The position numbers and the translations under genes were made by a program. The notes beneath the pieces were generated by a model. That model was not told the DNA's origin, did no database searches, and worked only from the letters and a program-made list of their open reading frames with translations. From an uncultured Gammaproteobacteria bacterium (lineage in GTDB: Bacteria > Pseudomonadota > Gammaproteobacteria > JAURND01), in NCBI GenBank assembly GCA_963714975.1, contig CAVQQD010000002.1, forward strand, positions 519,641-583,640: a stretch of 64,000 bases of DNA, given 5' to 3'. This document shows positions 33,057 through 44,400 of this stretch, in pieces (within the stretch, counting starts at the first letter, position 1; every line of letters begins with the position of its first letter).

Positions 33057-34737
33057 AAGGGAATTTTCTTAAACTAACATACTTAGGTTCCCAAATTTGC
33101 TCGTTGATACAGGTTGCGACATCCGCATAAGTGAGGGTAGCCACGCCGTCTTTTTGGGCTTGCAATGCAACACAAATGGCAATTTCACGAGCAATTTTTT
33201 GTGCATTTTTAAGCGGTGGTAATACCGACCCATGCCTATCTTGATGGATAGGCGCACACCGATTCAGCGCTAGGCACGCTTCCCACAGCATGTTATCAGT
33301 AACCTCCTTGGCTTTGACGGTAATGACGCCTAACCCAATTCCTGGAAATATTAACGCATTATTGCATTGAGCAATAGGCCAATCTTGATTTTGGTAATGA
33401 ACAGGTGGGAAAGGGCTGCCAGTGGCAATGAGAGCTTTACCTTGGGTCCAGTGAAATAAATCTTCTGGCGTGGCCTCAACTTTTTCTGTGGGATTTGAGA
33501 GCGGAAGAATAATTGGTGTTGCAGTGTGTGCTGCCATGGCTTGTACCACTTCTTTCGTAAAAGCACCACTTTGCGCAGAACAACCAATCAGAATGGTTGG
33601 TTTGATATGGGTTACGACATCATATAATTGTGGCGAAGGCAGCCAATCCACTAGTTCATCGGCGGGGCGAGCAAAGGGGACTTGGGCTGGAGTTAAATCA
33701 GTAATGGTATCTACGAGTAAACCGGGTTTATCAATCAACCAAAAGCGTCGGCGGGCTTCGCTGTAACTTAGGCCCATCCGCACCATGGCAGCGGTGATTT
33801 GATTAGCGACCCCAGTTCCGGCACTACCGCTGCCGAAAATGACAATGCGTTGCTCGATTAAAGAAGAATCCGTACTTTTAATCGCGGCCAATAACGCTGC
33901 CAAGGTGGTCGCTCCTGTGCCTTGGATATCGTCATTAAATGAACAAATATCTTGTTGGTAACGGTGTAAGATGCGATTGGCATTATCCCGACCAAAATCT
34001 TCCCAGTGAAGAAAAACTTGCGGTAAGTTTTCTTTGACTGCCTGCACGAAAAGCTCGATAAACTCATCATAAGCTCGGCCGCTAATGCGCGGATGGCGTA
34101 AACCAAGATAGAATGGGTCATTGAGTAGATCTTCATTATCAGTGCCAAGGTCTAATAGAATTGGCAAAGTTCTTAAGGGATTAATTCCGCCGCAAATCGT
34201 GTAAACCATTAGTTTCGCCACTGGAATTAACATCGCACCAACCCCTTGGTCGCCAATGCCTAAAACCCCGCCGCCATCGCTGACTACAATCAAATCCACT
34301 TCAGGATTACTGCGGTTCATTAAAATTTCTGGGATACGAAAACGGTCTGCATAGGAAATATATAAACCACGAGCTTGCTGAAATTCACGGCTAAATTTTT
34401 TAATTGCCGTGCTGACAGTTGGAGTGTAGACGATGGGAATCATCTCTTCTTCATGATGTTGCATCAACTTGTAAAATAACACTTGATTATAATCATGGAG
34501 CTTGTTGAGAAAGATATTTTTTTGCAGTGGTGTGGTATAAGTTTGATATTGCAAATAAGCACGTTGTACTTGTTGCTCTAAAGTTTCTATTTGTGCCGGT
34601 AATTTTCCAGTAAGATTAAACAGACTGCGCTCTTCTTCGGTAAAAGCGGTCCCTTTGTTTAGTTGTGGTGTGGTCAATAAAGGCTTGCCACTGAGAGAGG
34701 TTTCAATCCAATTTTTTTTAATTTTAAAATTCAGCAT
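33055..34737 (-). CDS. NAD(P)-dependent malic enzyme (SfcA/MaeA type)
   Basis: 560 aa; malic enzyme motifs ('FNDDIQGTGATTLAALLAA', 'IVIFGSGSAGTG'). Confidence 0.9.
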   Translation of the reverse strand: MLNFKIKKNWIETSLSGKPLLTTPQLNKGTAFTEEERSLFNLTGKLPAQIETLEQQVQRAYLQYQTYTTPLQKNIFLNKLHDYNQVLFYKLMQHHEEEMIPIVYTPTVSTAIKKFSREFQQARGLYISYADRFRIPEILMNRSNPEVDLIVVSDGGGVLGIGDQGVGAMLIPVAKLMVYTICGGINPLRTLPILLDLGTDNEDLLNDPFYLGLRHPRISGRAYDEFIELFVQAVKENLPQVFLHWEDFGRDNANRILHRYQQDICSFNDDIQGTGATTLAALLAAIKSTDSSLIEQRIVIFGSGSAGTGVANQITAAMVRMGLSYSEARRRFWLIDKPGLLVDTITDLTPAQVPFARPADELVDWLPSPQLYDVVTHIKPTILIGCSAQSGAFTKEVVQAMAAHTATPIILPLSNPTEKVEATPEDLFHWTQGKALIATGSPFPPVHYQNQDWPIAQCNNALIFPGIGLGVITVKAKEVTDNMLWEACLALNRCAPIHQDRHGSVLPPLKNAQKIAREIAICVALQAQKDGVATLTYADVATCINEQIWEPKYVSLRKFP

Positions 34738-34770
34738 TATTATTTTTCACTAGTATCAGATTTTTGCCAG

Positions 34771-34830
34771 GTGTCATCCCGACTCCAGGGTTGTCATCCC
34801 GAACGAAGTGAGGGATCCCTCGCTGCGCTC
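34771..34830. repeat. Inverted arm and core of a gtcatcccga-family element immediately upstream of maeB
   Basis: gtgtcatcccgactccagggttgtcatcccgaacgaagtgagggatccctcgctgcgctc. Confidence 0.75.
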
Positions 34831-35057
34831 GGGATGACACCCTGGAGTCGGGATGACACCCTGGAGTCGGGATGACACCCTGGAGTCGGGATGACACCCT
34901 GGAGTCGGGATGACACCCTGGAGTCGGGATGACACCCTGGAGTCGGGATGACACCCTGGAGTCGGGATGACACCCTGGAGTCGGGATGACACCCTGGAGT
35001 CGGGATGACACCCTGGAGTCGGGATGACACCCTGGAGTCGGGATGATGCCCCGAGAG
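34831..35057. repeat. Tandem repeat: 19-bp unit gggatgacaccctggagtc x 11 perfect copies plus a degenerate 12th
   Basis: Units begin at 34831, 34850, 34869 ... 35021; derived from the right arm of the adjacent palindromic element. Not CRISPR-like (no spacers). The three overlapping minus-strand ORFs with 19-aa repeats in the track are artefacts of this array. Confidence 0.9.
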
Positions 35058-35987
35058 TCATGTTTTTTTTTCTTGCTTTTGTTCCTTTTTTTCTTCCTCG
35101 AAGTGGGGATTCGCAGTTGGTATCAAACTAATTAATCGCTTGTGATTTCCTTTCGTTTTGTTGCTCTCTGGATGATTTTGAATTCGAATATATTCTATGC
35201 CACTGGTTTGATCTTCTTGCCAGGGCAAGTGCTGATATACACTTTCACCAATCAATGGCAGCACAGGATATTTAATGATATCGAAAAACGGGGAGAAATC
35301 AAAATCTTTGGGAGTGAACAAGCGTGGGTTGCGACTCACCAGAGTGATTCCTTCTTTATCTTCAATGATTTCCGGTAAAATCGGGAAGTGCACTGTTTGA
35401 AATGCGCTAGCAATCATTGAAGAACATATTTCCTCCGTGGGTTTTAGCGCGTTATGTACAAATAAGGTAGAACGCCATTTTCTGGGCAAAACTCCCCACG
35501 GAAATAAAAAACGAAATAAATCGATCACATGCCTGAGACTATAGCGCATTCCAAGGTGGTTAATGCCATAGCCAATCACTTTTTGTGCGTCTTCGCGTGA
35601 TAGCCCACGGGGGCGGCAGATGCGAATATTGTAATCTTTGTAGCGCACCAGCGAGGTCACAATAGTTCCCCGGCCGACCATGCTTTCAATCAGCAATTGC
35701 TCATCTGGTGGCCCTTTGTAATATTTTTTAACCTGAGCTCGCAGGTGAATATCATCGATATCATACAGGCGACCAATATACAGGGTAGAGTGAGACCACA
35801 TGCTATGAGTGACCTGCTTAATAATATCACTCATGCGATTACGCCCTTCTACCAGCAGGACATCGCCAGGTCTGATTTCAAAACGAATTTTTTCAAAATC
35901 GTATAAAAAGGCCGGTTTTAGTGGGGGTTCGCGTAAGAACCATTTGCTAAAACTAATAATAATCCGTTGGGCAAATTTAGACTTCAT
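35058..35987 (-). CDS. Hypothetical protein, possibly YiiX/permuted-papain-fold (NlpC/P60-like) family
   Basis: Start 'MKSKFAQRII' 1 nt after the purB stop. 'PGDVLLVEGRNRMSDIIKQVTHSMWSHSTLYIG' resembles YiiX-type motif. Lys/Glu-rich C-terminal tail. Assignment tentative. Confidence 0.4.
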   Translation of the reverse strand: MKSKFAQRIIISFSKWFLREPPLKPAFLYDFEKIRFEIRPGDVLLVEGRNRMSDIIKQVTHSMWSHSTLYIGRLYDIDDIHLRAQVKKYYKGPPDEQLLIESMVGRGTIVTSLVRYKDYNIRICRPRGLSREDAQKVIGYGINHLGMRYSLRHVIDLFRFLFPWGVLPRKWRSTLFVHNALKPTEEICSSMIASAFQTVHFPILPEIIEDKEGITLVSRNPRLFTPKDFDFSPFFDIIKYPVLPLIGESVYQHLPWQEDQTSGIEYIRIQNHPESNKTKGNHKRLISLIPTANPHFEEEKKEQKQEKKT

Positions 35988-35988
35988 G

Positions 35989-37386
<1,398 letters not shown>

Positions 37387-37390
37387 TCAA

Positions 37391-37488
37391 GCGTCGTCCT
37401 GGCATGGATACCAGGATCCAGATCATAGGGACGTGAAACTTTGCATCCTGCAGACTGGATCCCTGCTGCCATGCAGGGACGACGTGCT
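37391..37488. repeat. About 100-bp 'cgtcgtcc...ggacgacg' family element in the divergent purB/znuC promoter region
   Basis: gcgtcgtcctggcatggataccaggatccagatcatagggacgtgaaactttgcatcctgcagactggatccctgctgccatgcagggacgacg. Confidence 0.8.
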
Positions 37489-37533
37489 TGCAGGGGATTT
37501 TAACATAGTCCATTGAGGTCAAGACAATAAAAT

Positions 37534-38325
37534 ATGACGATTGCCATCTGTGCTGAGGATCTTAGTGTTGGATATAAAAATCAAGCAGTGGTTTCTGCCT
37601 TTTGTGGCCACATTGAGCAAGGTCAATTTGTCGGGGTATTTGGGGCCAATGGGGCAGGGAAAACCACATTATTACAATGTGCACTTGGCTTGCTAAAGCC
37701 CGTGGCGGGCCGACTTTTGGTTTTAGGAAAGGTCCCGCGAGTGGGAAACCGGAATATCGGTTATGTGCCGCAAGTTTTGCCTGCAATCAATGTGCCCATT
37801 ACGGGGCGGAGCTTTTTATTGGCAATTCTGCAAGGCAATCAATGGGGGTTACCTATAGTAAGGGCAAAGCACCGGCAGGAAGTTGATCGGGTCGTGGAAC
37901 TTGTGGGCTCGGAACATTATATTAATCGGCCCTTCATGCAACTTTCAGGCGGCGAGAAGCGCCGCTTATTATTGGCTCAAGCTTTGTTGAATAAACCGAA
38001 AATTTTGTTGCTCGATGAACCCTTGGCAAATTTAGACCCACATTATCAATATGTGCTTATTGATTTGTTGAAAAGAATCCACCGAGAGTTAGGTATCACG
38101 GTTTTACTGACTGCTCACGATGTCAATCCCTTGCTCGAGGTGATGACGCAGGTGCTGTATTTAGCGCGAGGTAATGCGGCAATGGGGAGAGTCGAGGAGG
38201 TGATCACCAGCCAAGCCTTATCTTCTCTTTATGGTTCCCCAATAGAGGTAATTCGGCTTAAAGGTCGGATTCTTGTGATCCACAGTGCTACAGGACAACA
38301 TGAAGATGCTGCATGTCATCATTGA
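37534..38325 (+). CDS. znuC: Metal (Zn/Mn-type) ABC transporter ATP-binding protein
   Basis: Walker A 'GANGAGKTTL', signature 'LSGGEKRR', Walker B 'LLLDEP'; followed by an ABC-3 permease. No substrate-binding protein gene adjacent. Confidence 0.7.
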   Translation: MTIAICAEDLSVGYKNQAVVSAFCGHIEQGQFVGVFGANGAGKTTLLQCALGLLKPVAGRLLVLGKVPRVGNRNIGYVPQVLPAINVPITGRSFLLAILQGNQWGLPIVRAKHRQEVDRVVELVGSEHYINRPFMQLSGGEKRRLLLAQALLNKPKILLLDEPLANLDPHYQYVLIDLLKRIHRELGITVLLTAHDVNPLLEVMTQVLYLARGNAAMGRVEEVITSQALSSLYGSPIEVIRLKGRILVIHSATGQHEDAACHH

Positions 38326-39139
38326 TTTCTTTACTCTGCCATTTCAATACGATTTTATGCGCAATGCATTTTGGGCTGGCAGCATGGCTGCGATCGTAGC
38401 AAGCTTAGTGGGTTTTTTTGTGGTGGTGCGACAAATTGGTTTTGCGGCCCATGCTTTAGGACATATCAGCTTTGCCGGCGCTTGTGGGGCGATTCTGTTG
38501 GGTTGGTTGCCCATTATTGGCCAGCTGGTTGTTACTTTAGGCGCAGGCATTATTATGGGCAGTATGGGTCGACGTTTGAACGAAAAGGATACCATTATCG
38601 GGGTGACATTAGCATTGGCTTTGGGAGTGGGTGTGTTGTTGCTACATTTTTTTCGTTCCTATAGCGGTCAGGCCAATAGTATTTTATTTGGTGATTTATT
38701 GGGCGTATCCACTTCCGCTTTGCGTTGGATGGCTTCTTTGATGCTATTAGCGATTTTGGGTTTGGGGTTGCTAGCGCGCAGGCTGTGGTTTGCAAGTTTA
38801 GTGCCGACATTAGCTCAGGCGAAAAGTATTTCATTAACCTGGATTTCACTACTATTTTTTTCTATCATGGCGCTAGCAATTACTTTAGCTAGTCAGGTTG
38901 TTGGAATTTTATTAGTATTTACCCTAATTGTGGGCCCTCCTGCCATTGCCTTGCAGTGGTCGAAAAATTTTTGGAGTGCCATGGGCGTATGTTGTGCTAC
39001 CGGAGTTTTAATCGTATGGCTAGCGGTTTATTTATCTTATTATACTGACTGGCCAGTTAGCTTTTGGATTAGTACAGCTGTATTCGTGCTTTATGTGATA
39101 GGGGTACTTTTGCGAGGCCAGGTAGTTTCTGAAGCGTAA
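38303..39139 (+). CDS. znuB: ABC-3 family metal transporter permease
   Basis: Eight predicted TM segments; 'FAAHALGHISFAGACGAIL' ABC-3 motif. Confidence 0.7.
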   Translation, partial: KMLHVIIDFFTLPFQYDFMRNAFWAGSMAAIVASLVGFFVVVRQIGFAAHALGHISFAGACGAILLGWLPIIGQLVVTLGAGIIMGSMGRRLNEKDTIIGVTLALALGVGVLLLHFFRSYSGQANSILFGDLLGVSTSALRWMASLMLLAILGLGLLARRLWFASLVPTLAQAKSISLTWISLLFFSIMALAITLASQVVGILLVFTLIVGPPAIALQWSKNFWSAMGVCCATGVLIVWLAVYLSYYTDWPVSFWISTAVFVLYVIGVLLRGQVVSEA

Positions 39140-39146
39140 CTAAATC

Positions 39147-39204
39147 CCCTCCCCCCATAAGCTTTTGCATTATTCCTTCTCCCCTGGTGGGAGAAGGAAT
39201 AATG
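39147..39204. repeat. Dispersed palindromic element (gggagaagg family) ending in GGAGAAGGAATAATG upstream of pstS
   Basis: ttccttctcccctggtgggagaaggaataatg; creates an out-of-frame ORF (39187-39417) overlapping the pstS start. Confidence 0.7.
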
Positions 39205-39229
39205 TCAAAGGGTGTATCAGGAGTAATAT

Positions 39230-40260
39230 ATGAAAATTTTATTTTGGTTAACAGGACTAGCACTGCTAGTCTCAAGTGCTGCCTTAGCGGACACCATATT
39301 AACTGGAGCGGGTGCCACTTTCCCTTATCCACTTTACGTCAAATGGGCACAGGCCTATCAGAAGAAAATCGCTGTGCGTTTAAATTATCAACCTATTGGT
39401 TCGGGTGGCGGTATTAATCAGATACAAGCTAAAACAGTGGATTTTGGCGCTTCAGATAAGCCTTTATCGAAAGAAGAGTTAACAGCTAGTCACTTAATCC
39501 AATTTCCTACAGTGGTGGGTGGGGTGGTTCCTGTGATTAATTTGCTTGGAATCCCCAGTGGACAGCTGAAACTTTCAGGTCCAGTCTTAGCCAATATTTA
39601 TTTAGGTAAAATTAAAAAATGGAATGACCCAGCCATTGTGGCTTTAAATCCACAGCTTTCCCTACCGAATAAAGGTATTGTAGTAGTCCATCGTTCTGAT
39701 GGTTCAGGGACAAGCTATCTCTTTACCTACTATTTAAGTCAGGTAAGCCCAGAATGGCAAACGCGGGTAGGTAGTAATACAGCAGTGGCTTGGCCTGTGG
39801 GAATTGGCGGGAAAGGTAATGAAGGGGTAGCTTCCTATACCCAGCGGGTCAATGGCAGTATTGGTTATGTTGAGTATGTCTATGCGGCACAAAATAAACT
39901 GAACTATGTGCAATTGATTAATCAAGCAGGCCATGCAGTTTCTCCTTCATTAGAATCTTTTGAAGCAGCGGTAAGTCAGCTACTTGGGATTCAGAGCAGC
40001 AATTTGCTGGCAGCATTACCAATAGCCCAGGTGCAGATAGTTGGCCTATTACTGGCGCCACATTTATCCTGATGCAAACTGAACAAGATAATCCTGAAAA
40101 AGCCAAGGCAGTATTGGCATTCTTTGCTTGGGCCTATAAAGAGGGACAAGCAATGACCAAGGAATTAGATTATGTTCCTTTAGAAGATAAGGAAATTCAG
40201 CTAATTCAAGCCTCTTGGAAGCAAAATATTAAAGACAAGGCAGGAAACCCCATTTGGTAA
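39230..40260 (+). CDS. pstS: Phosphate ABC transporter substrate-binding protein PstS, apparent single-base deletion frameshift near 39967
   Basis: CAGGAG RBS; signal peptide; PstS sequence. The C-terminal 95 aa continue in the +1 frame ('...ASGKSATWDSEQQFAGSITNSPGADSWPITGATFILMQTEQD...[10 protein letters not shown]'). Two ORFs in the track (39230-40072, 40072-40260). Confidence 0.75.
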
Positions 40261-42113
40261 CTAAATTGTCACAGCAATTCCAAACCCAGCGCCGCTTCGA
40301 TCAACTGTTATTGGCAGTTGCTCTTTTCTTTGCCATTGTTTTACTCGTATTAGCTGGCTGTATTGTTTTTAAATTGTATCAGGCTAGCATCCCAAGCCTC
40401 CAAGCCTTTGGTTTGAGGTTTTTGATTAGCAGCGAATGGAATCCGGTAACCGAGCAGTTTGGTGCTTTAGTCGCAATTTTAGGGACTTTAACTACAGCTT
40501 TTATTGCGCTTTTGCTAGGAATCCCGATTAGCTTTGGTATTGCTGTATTTCTTACTGAGCTAGCTCCGACTATGCTTCGTCGCCCGTTACGCATTTTAAT
40601 TGAATTACTTGCTGGAATTCCCAGTATTATTTATGGCATGTGGGGACTGTTTATTTTTGCTCCCCTTTTCGCAGACACAGTCCAGCCTTGGTTAATCGAA
40701 CATTTGGGTAGTAGACCCCTAATTGGCCCATTTTTCCAAGGGGTCCCAATGGGAATTGGGATATTAACCGCTGGAATTGTACTCAGTATTATGGTGATTC
40801 CTTTTATTGCCTCGGTAATGCGTGATGTTTTTGAGATTGTACCTGATCTACTTAAAGAATCTGCCTATGCTTTGGGCGCCACTCGTTGGGAAGTAGTGTG
40901 GAATGTGATCCTACCCTATTCTCGTATTGGTGTTGTGGGTGGAATTATTTTGGGATTAGGCCGTGCTTTGGGAGAGACAATGGCAGTCGCTTTTGTGATT
41001 GGCAATTCACATGCATTATCCGCCTCAATTTTGATGCCAGGCAGCAGCATTTCCTCAGTATTAGCCAATGAATTTACTGAGGCCACTGGAAAAATTTATA
41101 GCTCCTCTTTAAGCGAATTAGGGTTAATTTTGTTTGCGATCACTTTAGTGGTTTTTGTGTGTGCCAAGTTATTGACGCAGAGGTTAAAAAAGATCCTCCT
41201 CTCTCATGCCTTCTCCCCTTGTGGGAGAAGGCGCCGAAGGCGGATGAGGGGAAAACCGGAAAAAAATATGACACTACTGTATATTAAACGCAGATTAGTT
41301 AATTTTATTAATCTATCCCTTGCGACCTTGGCTATGCTGATTGGCCTATTGTGGCTAAGCTGGATTTTATTTAGCCTGGTTCAAAATGGCTTACCAGGTT
41401 TCTCTTGGGCACTTTTTACCCAGATTACCCAAGCACCGGGTGGCCAAGGTGGGTTATTAAATGCCATTATTGGCAGTTTATTAATCGTGTTTTTTGCGGT
41501 CATCATTGGTGCTCCCATCGGTTTATTAGTGGGCACTTATCTTGCCGAGTTTGGAAAATATAGCCGATTTGCCCGCATCGTACGCTTTGTTAATGATATT
41601 TTATTGAGTGCTCCGTCGATTATTTTAGGTTTGTTTATTTATCAACTCTATGTCGTCAATGTGCAACATTTTTCAGGCTGGGCTGGTTCTTTTGCCTTAG
41701 CATTCTTAGTGGTGCCTATTGTCGTGCGCATTACCGAAGATATGTTTCTATTAGTGCCTAGTTCATTGCGAGAAGCGGCGGCTGCTTTAGGTGCTCCGCG
41801 GTGGAAAGTAATTGCTGAAATTGTGCTACGGGTGTCGAGAACGGGGGTGATCACTGGGATTCTATTAGCTTTAGCCAGGATTAGCGGTGAGACAGCCCCC
41901 TTGTTATTTACTGCGTTAAATAACCAATTTTTGAGCTTTAATATGAACCACCCCATGGCCAATTTACCTTCAGTAATTTTTCAGTATGCCATGAGTCCTT
42001 ATGCCGATTGGCACCAATTAGCATGGGCAGGAGCATTACTCATTACCGCCTGTGTTTTGGGATTGAATATTATCGTGAGAGTTGTGTTTAAACAAAAGCC
42101 GCCAATCACTTAG
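40254..42113 (+). CDS. pstCA: PstC-PstA phosphate permease as one 619-aa ORF, joined through an in-frame repeat element
   Basis: Residues 1-300 align to PstC and 330-619 to PstA ('[34 protein letters not shown]...'). Junction '[24 protein letters not shown]' is encoded by the repeat at 41205-41262 with no stop codon. Confidence 0.8.
   Translation: MVTKLSQQFQTQRRFDQLLLAVALFFAIVLLVLAGCIVFKLYQASIPSLQAFGLRFLISSEWNPVTEQFGALVAILGTLTTAFIALLLGIPISFGIAVFLTELAPTMLRRPLRILIELLAGIPSIIYGMWGLFIFAPLFADTVQPWLIEHLGSRPLIGPFFQGVPMGIGILTAGIVLSIMVIPFIASVMRDVFEIVPDLLKESAYALGATRWEVVWNVILPYSRIGVVGGIILGLGRALGETMAVAFVIGNSHALSASILMPGSSISSVLANEFTEATGKIYSSSLSELGLILFAITLVVFVCAKLLTQRLKKILLSHAFSPCGRRRRRRMRGKPEKNMTLLYIKRRLVNFINLSLATLAMLIGLLWLSWILFSLVQNGLPGFSWALFTQITQAPGGQGGLLNAIIGSLLIVFFAVIIGAPIGLLVGTYLAEFGKYSRFARIVRFVNDILLSAPSIILGLFIYQLYVVNVQHFSGWAGSFALAFLVVPIVVRITEDMFLLVPSSLREAAAALGAPRWKVIAEIVLRVSRTGVITGILLALARISGETAPLLFTALNNQFLSFNMNHPMANLPSVIFQYAMSPYADWHQLAWAGALLITACVLGLNIIVRVVFKQKPPIT
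41205..41262. repeat. Dispersed palindromic element (gggagaagg family) occupying the pstC/pstA junction, open in frame
   Basis: ctctcatgccttctccccttgtgggagaaggcgccgaaggcggatgaggggaaaacc. Confidence 0.75.
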
Positions 42114-42121
42114 GGGTTTGC

Positions 42122-42883
42122 ATGAAACAAGACGAAAAGATCAGGACGCGCGATTTAAATTTTTACTATGCCAAGTTTCGTGCGCTTAAAAATATTAATG
42201 TGAGCGTCATCAAAAATCATGTGACAGCACTGATCGGCCCCTCAGGTTGCGGCAAATCGACTTTGTTACGCACTTTTAATCGCATGTATGAGTTATATGA
42301 TGAACAACACGCTTTAGGGGAAGTGTGGTTAGATCAGGAAAATATTCTAACGCCTCGCTATGATTTAAATCGATTGCGCAGCCGAGTTGGGATGGTATTT
42401 CAAAAACCAACGCCATTTCCTATGTCGATTTTTGATAATGTCGCCTTTGGGGTAAAGTTATATGAAAATTTAAGCCATGTGGAGTTAGCTGCCCGAGTTG
42501 AATGGGCACTTCGCAAGGCTGCCTTATGGAGAGAAGTAAAGGATATATTAAAACTAAGTGGCCTAGGACTTTCGGGTGGTCAGCAGCAACGGCTTTGTAT
42601 TGCTAGAGCCATCGCGGTAAGACCTGAGGTTATTTTATTAGATGAACCAACTTCGGCATTAGACCCGCTCTCTACCGCTCGTATTGAAGAATTAATTCGG
42701 GAATTAAAAGACGATTATACTATTTGCATCGTCACGCATAATATGCACCAAGCAAAAAGAATTTCCGATTACACCGCATTTATGTATTTAGGGCGAATGA
42801 TTGAATACAATAAAACTGAAGTAATTTTTTCTAACCCAACAGAGCAAGCAACCAAAGATTTCATTTCGGGAAAAGTGGGATAA
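42122..42883 (+). CDS. pstB: Phosphate ABC transporter ATP-binding protein
   Basis: 'GPSGCGKST', '[14 protein letters not shown]', '[10 protein letters not shown]'. Confidence 0.9.
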   Translation: MKQDEKIRTRDLNFYYAKFRALKNINVSVIKNHVTALIGPSGCGKSTLLRTFNRMYELYDEQHALGEVWLDQENILTPRYDLNRLRSRVGMVFQKPTPFPMSIFDNVAFGVKLYENLSHVELAARVEWALRKAALWREVKDILKLSGLGLSGGQQQRLCIARAIAVRPEVILLDEPTSALDPLSTARIEELIRELKDDYTICIVTHNMHQAKRISDYTAFMYLGRMIEYNKTEVIFSNPTEQATKDFISGKVG

Positions 42884-42888
42884 TTTTT

Positions 42889-43575
42889 ATGCAAGCAAAT
42901 CTGGGCATTTTAATTGTCGAAGATGAGGAACCCATTAAGGAAATGCTTAAACGTTGTTTAGAAATGGCGGATTATCGTGTCATGGAAGCTACAGATACAA
43001 CTCAAGCTGAAAAGCGAATTCAGCAAGAGATGCCGGATTTATTATTGTTAGATTGGATGCTGCCTGGCCTAAGTGGCATTGATTATGTGCAAGTGTTACG
43101 CAAGAGCGCTCTAACCGCACATTTACCTATTATTTTGTTAACAGCTCGTGCCGAAGAAGAAAGTAAGATCCGCGGCTTAGATATGGGTGCGGATGATTAT
43201 GTCACTAAGCCTTTTTCACCACGAGAACTTATTACGCGCATCAAAACGGTGCTGCGACGTGGTCCTTTGGTGGAGGCAAATGCTATTTTGATGGTGCGAG
43301 GTTTAATGGTTGATACTCAGTCCTGCCAGGTGACACTGGCAGGAAGGAAATTATCGCTCACCACCGACAATTATCAGCTGTTGCTTTTTTTTATGCAGCA
43401 CCCTCGAAAAGTTATTTCTCGTGAAAGTTTATTAATGCATGTTTGGGGTGGAGATAAAGGCGCCAGTGATCGCAGTGTCGATGTTCAGATATTGCGCTTG
43501 CGCAAGATATTAGCACAGCATGGCTGTGATGATTTGATTCACACGGTAAGAGGTTTGGGATACCAATTTCGCTGA
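42889..43575 (+). CDS. phoB: Phosphate regulon response regulator PhoB (OmpR family)
   Basis: Receiver 'ILIVEDEEPIKEML...LLDWMLPGLSG' and winged-helix output domain; 228 aa. It follows pstB directly with no phoU between. Confidence 0.85.
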   Translation: MQANLGILIVEDEEPIKEMLKRCLEMADYRVMEATDTTQAEKRIQQEMPDLLLLDWMLPGLSGIDYVQVLRKSALTAHLPIILLTARAEEESKIRGLDMGADDYVTKPFSPRELITRIKTVLRRGPLVEANAILMVRGLMVDTQSCQVTLAGRKLSLTTDNYQLLLFFMQHPRKVISRESLLMHVWGGDKGASDRSVDVQILRLRKILAQHGCDDLIHTVRGLGYQFR

Positions 43576-44324
43576 TGCCAATGAATAGTAATGAACTCGT
43601 GTTGACCTCTTTAATATTTTTAGATACCCAATTGCGTCTCTTGGAAAGTATGCGGCAAGATTTTGTCGCGAATGTTTCTCATGAATTACGTACGCCGCTT
43701 ACCGTATTTCATGGCTATTTAGAAATGCTTTTGGATCTGACAAATCAACCAGGTAATGAGCAACATCAAATCTTAGAGCAAATGTATCAACAAAGTTTAC
43801 GCATGAGCCAGTTGATTGAAGATTTGTTGCTTTTGTCACGTTTGGATAGTTATGTCAGTAAAGATAAATGCAGTTCAGTTGATGTGCCTTATTTACTTAA
43901 AACCATTGCTGAAGATGCTCGAGTGCTTAGTCGAGAGCAACAGCACAAAATCGAACTCTATATCGATGATCAATTAAAAATCCAAGGGATTGAGCGTGAA
44001 TTAAGCAGTGCATTTTCCAATCTTATTATTAATGCTATTAATTATACCCCGATGGGCGGTGAAATTAAGATTCGTTGGTTTAAGCAACAGCATCAGGCCT
44101 ACCTGGAAGTCATTGATACCGGTATTGGTATTGCGCCCGAACATATTCCTCGACTGACCGAGCGATTTTATCGAGTAGACAAGGCTCGTTCACGCAGCAC
44201 CGGTGGTACTGGTTTAGGCTTGGCCATTGTGAAACATGTTTTGTTACGACATAAAGCCAATTTAAAAATTGCCAGCGAGTTAGGTCAGGGCAGTAGCTTT
44301 ACCTGCATTTTTCCGCTGCTCTAG
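43575..44324 (+). CDS. phoR: PhoR-like histidine kinase consisting only of DHp and catalytic domains (no TM, charged or PAS sensor region)
   Basis: ORF begins at the phoB stop. H-box 'VSHELRTPLTVFHGYLEML' lies about 30 aa from the N-terminus; N, G1 and G2 boxes present; 249 aa against about 430 aa for canonical PhoR. Confidence 0.7.
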   Translation: MPMNSNELVLTSLIFLDTQLRLLESMRQDFVANVSHELRTPLTVFHGYLEMLLDLTNQPGNEQHQILEQMYQQSLRMSQLIEDLLLLSRLDSYVSKDKCSSVDVPYLLKTIAEDARVLSREQQHKIELYIDDQLKIQGIERELSSAFSNLIINAINYTPMGGEIKIRWFKQQHQAYLEVIDTGIGIAPEHIPRLTERFYRVDKARSRSTGGTGLGLAIVKHVLLRHKANLKIASELGQGSSFTCIFPLL

Positions 44325-44400
44325 GGAGAGGGGACTACGGTATTGTTTTTAAGCTTCATGCTATATGCTGTGAAGCCTAAAACAACCGGAGATCTTTACT

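Noticed and set aside
34831-35057. Possible CRISPR array
   Set aside because: The units are contiguous with no unique spacers, and no cas genes are nearby, so it is a plain tandem repeat.
34724-35061. Three overlapping minus-strand ORFs encoding 19-aa repeats (SRLQGVIPTPGCHPDSRVS)
   Set aside because: They are the three frames of the 19-bp tandem array (19 is not a multiple of 3). There is no RBS or context for a gene. Treated as a non-coding VNTR.
39196-39215. Pho-box-like TGTCAAAgggTGTATCA upstream of pstS
   Set aside because: Spacing is 7+3+7 rather than 7+4+7, and it lies only 15-34 nt from the ATG, overlapping the SD. That is too close for a PhoB-dependent promoter.
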